Below are positions 39,412 through 49,511 of a stretch of 64,000 nt of DNA, piece after piece. Below the pieces are notes generated by a model. The model saw only the letters and a list, made by a program, of their open reading frames with translations. It searched no databases and was not told the DNA's origin. How positions within the stretch are numbered: the first letter of the stretch is position 1; each line of letters opens with the position of its first letter. The translations under genes were made by a program, and so were the position numbers. Source of the DNA: Thermoplasmatota archaeon (GTDB taxonomy: Archaea > Thermoplasmatota > JAKEGO01); contig JANQNK010000020.1 in assembly GCA_028279595.1 (NCBI GenBank), positions 320,001 to 384,000 on the forward strand, written 5' to 3'.

Positions 39412-40083
39412 ATGGAAAACGAGAAGAGGGTCGCAGCGCACTCCGCGTGCGACCGCGTTGCGGACGGGACCGTCATCGGACTCGGAACAGGCAGCACTGT
39501 ACGATTCTTTCTGGAGAAGCTTGCTGAGCGGATATCCGAGGAGGAGCTCGAGGTCATAGGCGTCCCGACGTCGCAGGGATCGGAGACCATGGCGGCCGAG
39601 CTCGGCATACCACTGACCGACCTTTCGGAGCATCCCGTCCTGGACCTCGACATAGACGGCGCCGACGAAATATCCCCGCAACTGGACCTTATCAAGGGCG
39701 GGGGCGGAGCGCTCCTGCGGGAGAAGATCGTCGCCGACGCATCCCTCGAGGTCGTGATAATCGCCGACGGCAGCAAGACCGTCGACCTGCTCGGTGAATT
39801 CCCCCTTCCCGTGGAGGTCCTCCCCTTCGGGATCGAGCGAACGAGAAGCGAGCTCGAGAACCTCGGATGCCCTGCCACGGTCCGGGAGAGGGATGGGACA
39901 ACATACTTGACCGATAACGGTAACAACATAATCGATTGCGCGTTCGGGCGGATCGAGGACCCCCGCGGCCTGGAGGCCAGGTTGCTCGGGATCCCCGGAG
40001 TGCTCGAATGCGGACTCTTCGTCGGGATGGCCGACGTGGCCATCGTCGCCGACGGGGAAGAGGTGAGGGTCCTGGAGGTTTGA
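39412..40083 (+). CDS. rpiA: Ribose-5-phosphate isomerase A
   Basis: GLGTGST, DGADEI, IKGGGGALLREK, TDNGN. Confidence 0.97.
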   Translation: MENEKRVAAHSACDRVADGTVIGLGTGSTVRFFLEKLAERISEEELEVIGVPTSQGSETMAAELGIPLTDLSEHPVLDLDIDGADEISPQLDLIKGGGGALLREKIVADASLEVVIIADGSKTVDLLGEFPLPVEVLPFGIERTRSELENLGCPATVRERDGTTYLTDNGNNIIDCAFGRIEDPRGLEARLLGIPGVLECGLFVGMADVAIVADGEEVRVLEV

Positions 40084-40088
40084 TCCAC

Positions 40089-41228
40089 ATGGAGGACAAG
40101 ATCAGAGTAGGAACATCAGAGGACGTCATGACCGTAGATGTGATAACGGGCAACGAGGACGAGCCCCTTGCGTCCATAGTGGGGCGCATGGGCGCCAAGG
40201 ACATCTCGCAGGTGCCCATCGTCGACGAGAAGAATCGTGTGCGCGGAATGGTAGACTATCACGTCCTGGTCAAGCACAGGCGCCATCAGGGTGGCACCAA
40301 GGCGAAGCATGTTATGTTCGTGCCGCCGGACGTGGAGCCGTCGACACCGCTGGTCGAGGTCGCTGACCATCTGATCCAGCACGAGCTGCGAGCGCTCCCG
40401 GTAGTCGAGAAGGGACGCCTCGTCGGTATCGTCTCGAGGACGGACCTCGTCAACTTCGCGAGCAGGATAGCGGGCGTCCGGACCGTCCCCGTGGCCGAGA
40501 TCATGACCCCGGAACCCAAGACGGTCTCCCCGGACGATGACATCGCGGCTGCCCTGGCGGTGATCAAGCGGCTCGACGAGAGGAACCTACCGGTCGTCGA
40601 GGACGACCTGCTGGTAGGGGTCGTCGGCGTGAAGGACATATCCTCGGCGCTCATCAGGCCCACCGAGAGGTCGCCCATACTCAGCAAGGGCAAGGAGAGC
40701 AAGATGTCGCCCCAGATCAAGGGCCTCATGAACCCGCCGATAACGGTCGCCGAGGGTGCGAACCTCGGGACCGTCATGGACCGCATGATCGAGAGCGATG
40801 TATCGATGCTCCCGGTCATGAGGAAGGAGACCCTCGTCGGCGTCATTACGCACTACGATCTCGTCGAGTTCGTGGCGAGGTACAGGGAAAGGGAGGAAGT
40901 CCTCGTCCAGATCACTGGCATCGAGGCCGAGCCCGAGATATACGATGCGATGTACGAGATCATCGGACGTCTCATCGAGCGGATCTCGTCCTTCTCGAGA
41001 CCGGAGACCATAATCACCCATATCGGGGAGCACGGCAATCCCTCGGAGGAGGGGCACGGCTTCTACGAGGTCAGGGTCAGGCTAAACGCCGAGAGGACAC
41101 TCTTCACCGCATTCAGGTCGGGATGGAACCTGCTGGTGGCCCTCGACGAGTGCCTCGAGGCCATCGAGACTCAGGTCAGGAAGGACCACGACAAGCGCGA
41201 GGCCGACAACCACCGCCCGCGGAGGTAG
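40089..41228 (+). CDS. Protein with four CBS domains and a C-terminal HPF/RaiA-like domain (putative ribosome hibernation factor)
   Basis: Four CBS motifs (QVPIVD, ALPVVE, NLPVVE, MLPVMR); C-terminal YEVRVRL...GWNLLVALDECLEAIETQVRK. Confidence 0.78.
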   Translation: MEDKIRVGTSEDVMTVDVITGNEDEPLASIVGRMGAKDISQVPIVDEKNRVRGMVDYHVLVKHRRHQGGTKAKHVMFVPPDVEPSTPLVEVADHLIQHELRALPVVEKGRLVGIVSRTDLVNFASRIAGVRTVPVAEIMTPEPKTVSPDDDIAAALAVIKRLDERNLPVVEDDLLVGVVGVKDISSALIRPTERSPILSKGKESKMSPQIKGLMNPPITVAEGANLGTVMDRMIESDVSMLPVMRKETLVGVITHYDLVEFVARYREREEVLVQITGIEAEPEIYDAMYEIIGRLIERISSFSRPETIITHIGEHGNPSEEGHGFYEVRVRLNAERTLFTAFRSGWNLLVALDECLEAIETQVRKDHDKREADNHRPRR

Positions 41229-41231
41229 TCG

Positions 41232-41696
41232 ATGAAGAAGTGGAAGGCTCCAGTCTCCGAACCCTCAAACGTTATGGCCCGGAAGGTCCTCCGCGTCCTC
41301 AAGGAGCTCGACTACGAGTTCCGGCGAGACAAGACATACCAGAACTACACCCGGTTTCATGTCATACTGCCGATCCCCGAGGCCGCGTACACCTTCCGAT
41401 TCTACGTGACCAAGCCTTCCGAGATGATAATCGACGTATACGATACCAGACCATCCCATTCCGGTACGCTGCACTTCATCTACCTTCAGATGATCGAGGA
41501 CCCGCAGGACGCCAAGCGCTTCCTACGAAGACTCGTCAGGATAATGCGCAGGAAGCCCTGGGAGTTCAGATGGGGCGAGCGCGTAAGGACCGGGATAATC
41601 CTTCCGGAGTACATGGGAGCCAAGAAGAAATGGAAGCGGGCGATCGGTCCCGATCTGAAGGGGAAGAGAGGACAGCCCCCCACCCGCGCCGGATGA
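41232..41696 (+). CDS. Hypothetical basic protein
   Basis: Starts 3 nt after the previous stop, with GGAGGT upstream. Confidence 0.65.
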   Translation: MKKWKAPVSEPSNVMARKVLRVLKELDYEFRRDKTYQNYTRFHVILPIPEAAYTFRFYVTKPSEMIIDVYDTRPSHSGTLHFIYLQMIEDPQDAKRFLRRLVRIMRRKPWEFRWGERVRTGIILPEYMGAKKKWKRAIGPDLKGKRGQPPTRAG

Positions 41697-41820
41697 GTAC
41701 AATCCTAGATCGACGCCGGCTCCCACGTACCTGGATGGGATCCGCCGGCCAAGTGGATCTACATCCTTTGGATTACAGTCTCCCAAAACCTTTTAACGTA
41801 ACAGCCGGCATGACCTTGCG

Positions 41821-43008
41821 ATGATATCGAAGCCCCGCGGAACCAGGGACTTCCTCCCGGACGAGAAGGAGGAGAGAGTGCGCACCTACGGAGCGCTTCG
41901 CGAGACGGCGAAGCTCTTCGGTTACCGCGAGGTGGAGACACCCACATTCGAGCTCGCCGAACTCTTCATCGCCAGGTCAGGCCCCGAGGTCGTCGACCAG
42001 ATGTACACATTCGAGGACAGGGGCGGGCGGCTGCTGGCACTGAGGCCCGAACTCACGGCATCGGTGGCGCGGATGTACAGCGCCGAGATGCGCTCGATCC
42101 CGAAACCGCTCAAGCTCTTCTACTTCGGGAACTGCTACAGGTACGAGCGCCCCCAGAAGGGACGCTACCGGGAGTTCGCACAGTTCGGTGCCGAGGTTAT
42201 CGGCAACGACTCACCGGCGGCGAACGCTGACCTCATCGGAATGGCCTTCCGGAACATCGCGGCGGTCGGTCTAGACGAGTACGTCTTCCGCATCGGCGAC
42301 CTGAGGGTCCTCCGAGCGATCCTCGGGGACGATGCAACGCCCGAGGTGATGCGTCTCATCGACAAGAAGGACCCCGGGCTTAAGGCCGTCCTTCCTGACA
42401 GGGCAGATGCGATCCTCGACTCACGCATCGACGAGGTCAGGAGCATCGTCGGAGACGACGTGATGGCAGAGTACGACGAGCTGACCGGCATCCTCGATGC
42501 GATGGACGTCAACTACGAATTCGATGTCGGCATCGCCCGAGGACTCGATTACTACAATGGTATCGTCTTCGAGGCCGACGCACCAGCGCTCGGAGCCGAG
42601 AAGCAGGTGTGCGGCGGCGGCTCGTACGACCTGGGAGGCGTCGTCGGGATCGAGGGCCTGAAGGCCACCGGTTTCGCCATGGGGATCGACCGTCTGATCC
42701 TGGCCAGGGAGAAGGACGATGCCGTAGGTCCGATCGCCAACGTCTACATCGCCGCGCTCGACGATGCGGCGATCCCGGTCGCGCTGTCCGTTGGCCAGAG
42801 GCTAAGAACTGCTGGCATCCCGACAGACATCGGACTTGGTTCGGCGCGTCCGAACAAAGCGATAAAGGCTGCCCTCGACCGGGGCTGTTCATCCGTGATA
42901 TTGATCGGCGAGGACGAACTCGCTGCGAACACGGTCACTGTCAAGGACCTCGCGACGAAGGAGCAGACTACCGTTCCGGTGGATTCGATCGTGGATAACC
43001 TGTCCTGA
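41821..43008 (+). CDS. hisS: Histidyl-tRNA synthetase
   Basis: PRGTRDFLP, LRPELTA, RYERPQKGRYREFAQ, ARGLDYYNG, GGGSYD. Confidence 0.97.
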   Translation: MISKPRGTRDFLPDEKEERVRTYGALRETAKLFGYREVETPTFELAELFIARSGPEVVDQMYTFEDRGGRLLALRPELTASVARMYSAEMRSIPKPLKLFYFGNCYRYERPQKGRYREFAQFGAEVIGNDSPAANADLIGMAFRNIAAVGLDEYVFRIGDLRVLRAILGDDATPEVMRLIDKKDPGLKAVLPDRADAILDSRIDEVRSIVGDDVMAEYDELTGILDAMDVNYEFDVGIARGLDYYNGIVFEADAPALGAEKQVCGGGSYDLGGVVGIEGLKATGFAMGIDRLILAREKDDAVGPIANVYIAALDDAAIPVALSVGQRLRTAGIPTDIGLGSARPNKAIKAALDRGCSSVILIGEDELAANTVTVKDLATKEQTTVPVDSIVDNLS

Positions 43009-43027
43009 GAAGAATTTTCCCTGTGGC

Positions 43028-43567
43028 TCAATCGTTGCGCCACTCGATCTCGACGTCGAGTGAATAGTCATTGCTGTCGTCATCGCCGATCAGCGGGTTC
43101 GGGCCGATTCCGAGCCAGGTCTGGTCACCGGCATTCACGAGGGTTATGGTAACGAGCCACTCACCCTTGTATCCCTTCTCATCGACGAAATCGATCTCGA
43201 TGGCGATGTGGCCGTCATCGTCCGAGTCCTCGTCGACGGTCTCGCCGTCCGGCGCCTCCACCTTCAACGAGAATCGGTCAGGTTCGTTCTCGTGCAATGG
43301 AAGGTCGGCCTCGTCCTCCCAGGTGAGGATGAACGTCCCCATCAGCGCGGTCATGCCGTCGGGGTCGACGGGGATCTCAACACTGTCGCCCTCCTGCAGG
43401 TTGCCCGAGGTCGACGTCTCGTAGGTGGTGTCCTCCCCCTCGCCGTTGGCTCCCCCGCCGTCGGATTCCGAAAGGTCCAGCTCGCCGCCGGCCACGGCCG
43501 CCCCAAGCACCGCTATGATGCTGATGAGGATGCCCAGATTGAATACCTGTCGGTCGGCGGAGTTCAT
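43028..43567 (-). CDS. Small acidic membrane-anchored extracellular protein
   Basis: N-terminal hydrophobic helix, then an acidic beta-rich domain. Confidence 0.7.
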   Translation of the reverse strand: MNSADRQVFNLGILISIIAVLGAAVAGGELDLSESDGGGANGEGEDTTYETSTSGNLQEGDSVEIPVDPDGMTALMGTFILTWEDEADLPLHENEPDRFSLKVEAPDGETVDEDSDDDGHIAIEIDFVDEKGYKGEWLVTITLVNAGDQTWLGIGPNPLIGDDDSNDYSLDVEIEWRND

Positions 43568-43755
43568 CTTTCAAGGCTAAGGTCTGGTCCGATTTAAATG
43601 TTGTCGTTACGCGGTGGACCGGCGCTGGACGCCGGTCCTTTCCTGCATCAATGCGCCTCGCATGCGATGGATCGGGCCAGTAATTTTCCGTGTGTTGTCG
43701 ATCGATCCATTTTCGCAAGTAGATATTTATATCCTGAAGCGAATGAAATCGGTAC

Positions 43756-44718
43756 ATGGCGAAGAAGACTGGCAGCAAGAGTGAGCTCACTTCCAGCGAA
43801 GCCTTCAAGTTCTTCGCCAACTTCGTGATCATCCTCACTGCACTGTTCGTCGTCAATATCGGGACGCTCATGCTCGTCTCGGACGAGTACTACGACGAGA
43901 ACTCGCTGCTTCCACTGCAGGCCTTCGAGACCCGCATCGTCTATGACCTCCAGAGGGCGATGGGTTACGACGTCGAGCTCCAGTACTCCGACGAGAACGT
44001 CGGCATCCACCACAGGATAATCGTGGAGTACGACGGCGACCTCAACGGGACGCTTACCTACAATGCGTGGGAATACTTCATCGAGACCCCGATAGACAGG
44101 AACGTGACCGTCTACACCCACGAACTCCAGGTGGACGTCAGGAAGATGGATGGCGGCAATGGCAACATGACCGTGACCGTCATGCGGGGGAACAAGGTCA
44201 TCCAACACGCTTATACAGGCTCGAGCGGCGTCCGGCTCGAGTTCACCATCGAGGTGGACAACAAGAGGTACCTCGACGAACCCACTGTCCTTCATTATCC
44301 GGACATGGAGGGAAACGGTGAGAGGGCCCAGGGGATCGAGATCACCGGCATCTGCGCCGGACTCAGGGAGATGGCCGTCATTGCGACGCTCGTGCTCCTC
44401 GTGGGAGGGGTCAGGTGGCGACTGAAGTTCAAGTGGGCCGGCATCCTCGTGGGACTGATCTTCCTCGAGAACCTACTGAGGATCTTCCTGATCCACCCGC
44501 TGTCCCTGGCCTTCGGCTGGGACTTCGCGTGGAACACTTTCCACCAGTTCTTCTGGGAGTTCGGTCAGCTCCTCTCCATCATGGTCCTCTTCCTTCTCTG
44601 GTTCATGTTCGTCGCGATGAGGGACCCCGTCCGCCCAGGCTGGGGCGAGCTCAACATAAAGTATCCGAAGCGCCCGCTCAGGTTCGGCCGGCTCCTTCCG
44701 ATCCCCAGGCGGTCCTGA
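43756..44718 (+). CDS. Exosortase/archaeosortase family protein with a large extracytoplasmic insert
   Basis: Catalytic-type Cys in EITGICAGLRE, Arg in ENLLRI and His in TFHQ, within a multi-TM C-half. Confidence 0.8.
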   Translation: MAKKTGSKSELTSSEAFKFFANFVIILTALFVVNIGTLMLVSDEYYDENSLLPLQAFETRIVYDLQRAMGYDVELQYSDENVGIHHRIIVEYDGDLNGTLTYNAWEYFIETPIDRNVTVYTHELQVDVRKMDGGNGNMTVTVMRGNKVIQHAYTGSSGVRLEFTIEVDNKRYLDEPTVLHYPDMEGNGERAQGIEITGICAGLREMAVIATLVLLVGGVRWRLKFKWAGILVGLIFLENLLRIFLIHPLSLAFGWDFAWNTFHQFFWEFGQLLSIMVLFLLWFMFVAMRDPVRPGWGELNIKYPKRPLRFGRLLPIPRRS

Positions 44719-44761
44719 GACTCAGGATAGAGAATTTCAGTTCCAACACCAGTTACTGCGA

Positions 44762-47700
44762 TCAGTCGTCCTCACCGACGATGACGATACCTGAATCGTC
44801 GATCTCGAGGACCTCGTCGCCGGCCTCTCCGTCCTTCTCCTTTTCTGCCGGCTCCCCCTCTCCCTCGGCGGTCTCGCCGTCCTTGGCGGCCTCCTTCTCG
44901 GCAGCCTTGGCCTTGATCTTCGGAAGGGTTATGTGTCGCCTGCCGAACAGGAGTGCGAGGATGACCACGGCGACAGCCAGGATAGCCAATGACGTCAGGT
45001 TGCTGGTTCCGTCCTCCTCGGCCTCCTCGACGTCCAGCCGTATGCCCCTCTTGTTGTTCCTCTCCGACGACTCGTTCACCTCGTCGTCCGGGTCGACGAT
45101 AGCCTCAAGGTCGTAAGCACCGGCCTTCCTCGGGGTCCAGTAGAGGCTGATGGTGTCGCTCTCGCCTGCCTCCAGCTTGATCCTGTCGGAGTCGAGCTGC
45201 TCATCGGTCGCGGAATCGACAAGGACCACGTCCACGTATTCGGAGTCCACAACGCCCGAGTTCTCGACCGTCACCTGAATCTCGACCTCGCTGTCCACCA
45301 CCGGGTCCGAAAGGACATCGATGTAGGTGACGTTGAAATCGGGCTGTTCCTCCACCACTCGCAGGGTGACCGAGTAGTCGTTGTTGTCCTCGTTGTCCTC
45401 ATCTATCTCGTCATCCGGATCGACCGCCACCGTGATGCGGTGGGACCCGGTCTCCCTCGGGACCCAGAATACTGTCCACTGGTGGTCCGTTCCCCCGGCA
45501 ACGAAGGTCCTTTCCTGGTCGGAGGACTCGTCGATCGCGTTCCCACCAGTGTACTCGGAGTCGAAGGTGATGTCGAAGAGCACGGCAAGGTTGCCGGAGT
45601 TCCTGACCAGTACGGTCACCTCGATGGTGCTGTCGACCTGGAGCATCTCGTCGGAATAGACGGTGACCACGGTCAGGTCTGCCGCCTGTACCCTGACCTT
45701 GATGCTGGCATTGTAGGTCGCGTTTAGTGCCTCTATCGTCAGGTTGAACCAGTGATCGCCCAGCGATGTCCCGTCGGGGATGTAGGGTGTGAATGTCCAA
45801 TCGAGGGAGTCGCCGTACAGAAGTAACCACTCGATGTCGTCGTCCCTCGTGAAGTTCTGCGATTCGTAACTGTCCTCGAGAACGAGCTCGAAGCTCCAGT
45901 TCCCGCTAAGGTCGGTCTCGACCGTCACCGACAGCTCCTCGTCCCCGTTCCCGTCGTTGTCACAGCTGAATTCGGAAGGGACGACGGTGCCGTTCGGAGT
46001 GAAGTGCCTGGCATCCGGCGCCTTGGTGAAGGTCAACTCGCTCCGATGCACGACGACCACGTTGAAGAGGAGTTCTATCGGCGGCCTGTCCTCCCCCCTC
46101 TCGGAACGGCCGTTGAGAAGGATGCTGTAGGGTTCGCTGTCCGACTCGGCCTCGTCGTAGACCGGGATATGCATCACGAGATCCACCGAACCCGATGCCG
46201 GCAGCGAGACGCCGTCCACCTCGTCCCCGTCGTCCGTGATGAACGCGTCGGGCCAGGAGGCGTATCCGATGATCTGGAACGTAATGTTGTTCTCCCTGTC
46301 GTCCTCGTTCACCACCGTGAAGTCGAACTCCACCTCGTCCCCGTTATCGGCATACTGGAGGTCGTCCCCTTCGATCTCCATGTAGAAGTAGTACTGGCTG
46401 AAGTTGAGCTCGATGGCGCCCACCCATGGGCCGTCCTCGGAGAACACGATGACCTCCACCTGCTCCGTCGTGCGGTTGATGCCGTCGCTGGCGTAGATCC
46501 TCAGGACCTCACCCTCCCGATAGGACGAGATCACCTCCGACAGGTCTATGTCGAACTCGCCGTCCTCGTCGGCCTGGAACTTGATCTCGGTGGCGGTCCT
46601 GACCACGGTGATGTTGACGTGGGCCTTGGGAGCGGGTTCGCTCCCTCCAGGCTGGTACACGGTACCAATAACGTGGTACTCGGCGTCCGTGTTGGACGGG
46701 ATCGTCTCGACGGTGACCGAGATGTTGTTGTCAGATTCGTGGACCTCGTGGACGTCGTCCTTGGGGTCTATCGCGACGGTGATGTTCGCGTCGCCCTCGA
46801 ACGTGACCGTGAAATTGACGAGCGTCGACTCGCCGAGCTGCATGAAGGCGTCCTTGGTCTCGGTCTCGACGTCGTCGATCAAGAGCGTGACCGGCGTCCA
46901 TCCGCCGATCTCTCCGCCCGAGTAGGCCGAAAGGGATATCCTCGTCTCACGTCCAGCTATCGGATGCTTCGATGTCCCCGGTCCGACGCGAACGCCGTCC
47001 TCCCTGTAGAACCTGATCGACTCGGCCTCGAAGTCGGGGACCTGTATCTCGATATCGATGGTGGCGTCCGTGGTGCCGGACGAGAACTGCGCCTCGACAC
47101 CGATGGTCTCCGTCCCCTCGTCGATGTCGGGAGCCGTGACGTCGATCACCACCTCTGCGGAGGAGAAGGCGCCTACTGTCACCACTGGCTGCTGCGCCTC
47201 GCCTTCCCATGCGCCGGGTGCGTCCACCACTATGGTCGCGTTGTCCGGGGCATTGCCGTCGTTGAAGAGGACGAGTGTGAAGTTGCCCGTCTGGTTCGAC
47301 GGAATGCCGCCCGATATGTTGGACCCGAACCGCATGTCGTAGGTCGGATCGAGGAATACGAAGGCCGTCTCGTTCTTGTTGAGAAGTGCGGTCTCGGCGC
47401 TGACGGTGATGTTGTACAGGCCGGAGACGTAGGACTGGTCCGGCGTGATGGTGAGGTTGACCGTTGCATTCCCGCCGGACGGGATGTCCACATGGTCGTC
47501 ATCGAGGTCCGTGGTCCAGTCGACCGGTCCGACCGCCGAGAGGTTGACGTTAACCTGTTCGGAACCCCTGTTCTCGAGGTCCACGGTGAGGTCCACCGAG
47601 CCCTCGGGATCGACCGAGGCGTTCAATGGCGTCACATTGATGTAAAGGACCTGGGAGACGTCGATGGTGGTGGTCATGTTGTTGTTGCTCTCGTCCGATT

Positions 47701-49420
47701 CATCGATGTTCTGCTCCGGGTCCACTGCGATCTTGATCTCGTAGGTCCCGCTCGCCTTCGGGCGCCAATCGTACTTGACGGTCCTCCGGTCGCCTCCCCC
47801 GCCGGGTCCTATGGTCTTGCTCTTGATCGGGTCGCCGTTCACGATGAGGTGGACCTTGACCGAGTCAGCTTCCTTTCCGCCGGAGTTCTCGATGATGGCC
47901 GTGATGTTGACCGGGGATCCCTCCTCCGTCGTCGGCGGGTCTATCTCGATGTCGACCGGCCTGAGGTCGGCGATGTCGTGCGTGAACAGAAGGCTACCAG
48001 CCAGCAGCTCGCAGTAGAGGTCGTTGCCCATGTTGAAGACCGCCGGCTGGGCCCACAGCCTGTAGGGCAGGTCGTCCTCGAAAAGCAGGTCCCCGTTGTC
48101 ACCGTCAAGGACGAATAGCGTGTTGCTCTGTGCGCCCACGATGTCCTTGGTCCCATCCCCGTCGACGTCGATGAGTACAGGCGACGACACGGCACGCCCC
48201 TCGTCGAACGAGCTTCCCGAATAGTAGTTCAGGGTCTCCCTCCAGATCATGTCGCCATCCTCGCCGGCCCAGACGGTGACGTCGACGTTGTAGTCCTGGA
48301 TGCTCCGGTCCCATGCGATGACAGCGACCTCGAGGTCCCCGTCGCCGTCCAGGTCGCTCCCCGCCGGAGTGGCCTCGAGCTGTCCGTCGATGTCGCCGCT
48401 CACGGCGGTCGTCCACATGAGGTCCATCTCGTCGTCGTAGGCATAGAGGACGCCGTTGTTGGCGCTGTCCTGGAACGGTATCGGGAAGATCACCTCCTTT
48501 CCGTTGGAGGCGTTCTTGTCGAGGTCGAGCACCGTCGGACTGGGCGGGATGTGGCCCGATCCCGCGTAATCGGTCATCGTCTTCGACTCCGAGAACTTCT
48601 CGAAGCCGGATTTGGCGTTGAACCTGTAGAAGTATATCATCTCGCCGGTCCAGTCGACGGAGGTGGCGACGATGTCGTTGCTGGACCCGCTTGGCATGGC
48701 CGCGGGGGTCGAGACGTCCTCGCCGTCGAGCTCGAGGCTCCAGACCTCGTCCTTGTTCCACGCCTTAACTACGAATAATGTGTCCCCGGCGCCGATGGCG
48801 ATCACGTCGCCGACGTCCTGCACGGACATCATGGTCGGGTTGGAGTAGTTTATGGGCAGATTGAGGTTCTTCCGCCATAGCCGGTCGTCCTGATGGTTGC
48901 TGGAGGACCAGCTGAAATCGTCACCGTCATACATGATGTAAGGGGTGTAGGCGTAGAGCGTACCCTTGTCGTTCTCGTCCGTCGTGCCGAACACGATGTC
49001 CTGCGTCCCATCGTCGTCGACGTCCGCCACGAGGGGGCCCGAGACGAACATATCATTGTCGGTCCCGTTCCCGTCGATCTCGTCCACGTCGAGGAGCCAC
49101 ATGGTGTCGCCGGACCGTCCGTCGACTATGTACAGGAATCCGCCGACGCCGTAGGCGACGTGGAATGGCTGGACCCCGGACGCGTCGGACCCGTTGATGA
49201 AATCGATGTTGTCGGTGAAGTTGCCCTGGGCGACGGCAAGCCCCGATACGGGGTCGTCCTTGTCCCAGAGCTCGACCGGTTCGGGGATCGAGGTCTCGAC
49301 CGAGGCGGTGGAGGTGTGCCTGCTGTCATGTCCGAAACCGGGCCAATCGACGTCGTCGATGGCCACGACCGAGGGTATCGCTGTGATCGCGAGTATCATG
49401 ATGATGACGGTCCACCGCAT
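44762..49420 (-). CDS. Giant surface protein: FG-GAP/PQQ-like beta-propeller, four CARDB domains, Ig-like domains, TM anchor
   Basis: DWPGFGHDSRHT; DVDDDGTQDIV, DLDGDGDLEV and DVDGDGTKDIV; four (V/I)DP-x-x-x-(I/V)-x-E...NN motifs; TM followed by RRH. Confidence 0.9.
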   Translation of the reverse strand: MRWTVIIMILAITAIPSVVAIDDVDWPGFGHDSRHTSTASVETSIPEPVELWDKDDPVSGLAVAQGNFTDNIDFINGSDASGVQPFHVAYGVGGFLYIVDGRSGDTMWLLDVDEIDGNGTDNDMFVSGPLVADVDDDGTQDIVFGTTDENDKGTLYAYTPYIMYDGDDFSWSSSNHQDDRLWRKNLNLPINYSNPTMMSVQDVGDVIAIGAGDTLFVVKAWNKDEVWSLELDGEDVSTPAAMPSGSSNDIVATSVDWTGEMIYFYRFNAKSGFEKFSESKTMTDYAGSGHIPPSPTVLDLDKNASNGKEVIFPIPFQDSANNGVLYAYDDEMDLMWTTAVSGDIDGQLEATPAGSDLDGDGDLEVAVIAWDRSIQDYNVDVTVWAGEDGDMIWRETLNYYSGSSFDEGRAVSSPVLIDVDGDGTKDIVGAQSNTLFVLDGDNGDLLFEDDLPYRLWAQPAVFNMGNDLYCELLAGSLLFTHDIADLRPVDIEIDPPTTEEGSPVNITAIIENSGGKEADSVKVHLIVNGDPIKSKTIGPGGGGDRRTVKYDWRPKASGTYEIKIAVDPEQNIDESDESNNNMTTTIDVSQVLYINVTPLNASVDPEGSVDLTVDLENRGSEQVNVNLSAVGPVDWTTDLDDDHVDIPSGGNATVNLTITPDQSYVSGLYNITVSAETALLNKNETAFVFLDPTYDMRFGSNISGGIPSNQTGNFTLVLFNDGNAPDNATIVVDAPGAWEGEAQQPVVTVGAFSSAEVVIDVTAPDIDEGTETIGVEAQFSSGTTDATIDIEIQVPDFEAESIRFYREDGVRVGPGTSKHPIAGRETRISLSAYSGGEIGGWTPVTLLIDDVETETKDAFMQLGESTLVNFTVTFEGDANITVAIDPKDDVHEVHESDNNISVTVETIPSNTDAEYHVIGTVYQPGGSEPAPKAHVNITVVRTATEIKFQADEDGEFDIDLSEVISSYREGEVLRIYASDGINRTTEQVEVIVFSEDGPWVGAIELNFSQYYFYMEIEGDDLQYADNGDEVEFDFTVVNEDDRENNITFQIIGYASWPDAFITDDGDEVDGVSLPASGSVDLVMHIPVYDEAESDSEPYSILLNGRSERGEDRPPIELLFNVVVVHRSELTFTKAPDARHFTPNGTVVPSEFSCDNDGNGDEELSVTVETDLSGNWSFELVLEDSYESQNFTRDDDIEWLLLYGDSLDWTFTPYIPDGTSLGDHWFNLTIEALNATYNASIKVRVQAADLTVVTVYSDEMLQVDSTIEVTVLVRNSGNLAVLFDITFDSEYTGGNAIDESSDQERTFVAGGTDHQWTVFWVPRETGSHRITVAVDPDDEIDEDNEDNNDYSVTLRVVEEQPDFNVTYIDVLSDPVVDSEVEIQVTVENSGVVDSEYVDVVLVDSATDEQLDSDRIKLEAGESDTISLYWTPRKAGAYDLEAIVDPDDEVNESSERNNKRGIRLDVEEAEEDGTSNLTSLAILAVAVVILALLFGRRHITLPKIKAKAAEKEAAKDGETAEGEGEPAEKEKDGEAGDEVLEIDDSGIVIVGEDD

Positions 49421-49511
49421 TCCTTCACCGCACCCTCTATTGCCATTTACCTCTTAAATTATTTCTCTATGGGTTTGGACGGTTGTGACCCTTCTCATCC
49501 GATGTCCCGGG

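Noticed and set aside
46004-48118. 704-aa plus-strand ORF and many other long overlapping ORFs (e.g. 34935-36305, 37315-38469, 21750-23012)
   Set aside because: Antisense or off-frame shadows of well-supported genes, expected in GC-rich DNA with strong codon bias; no motifs.
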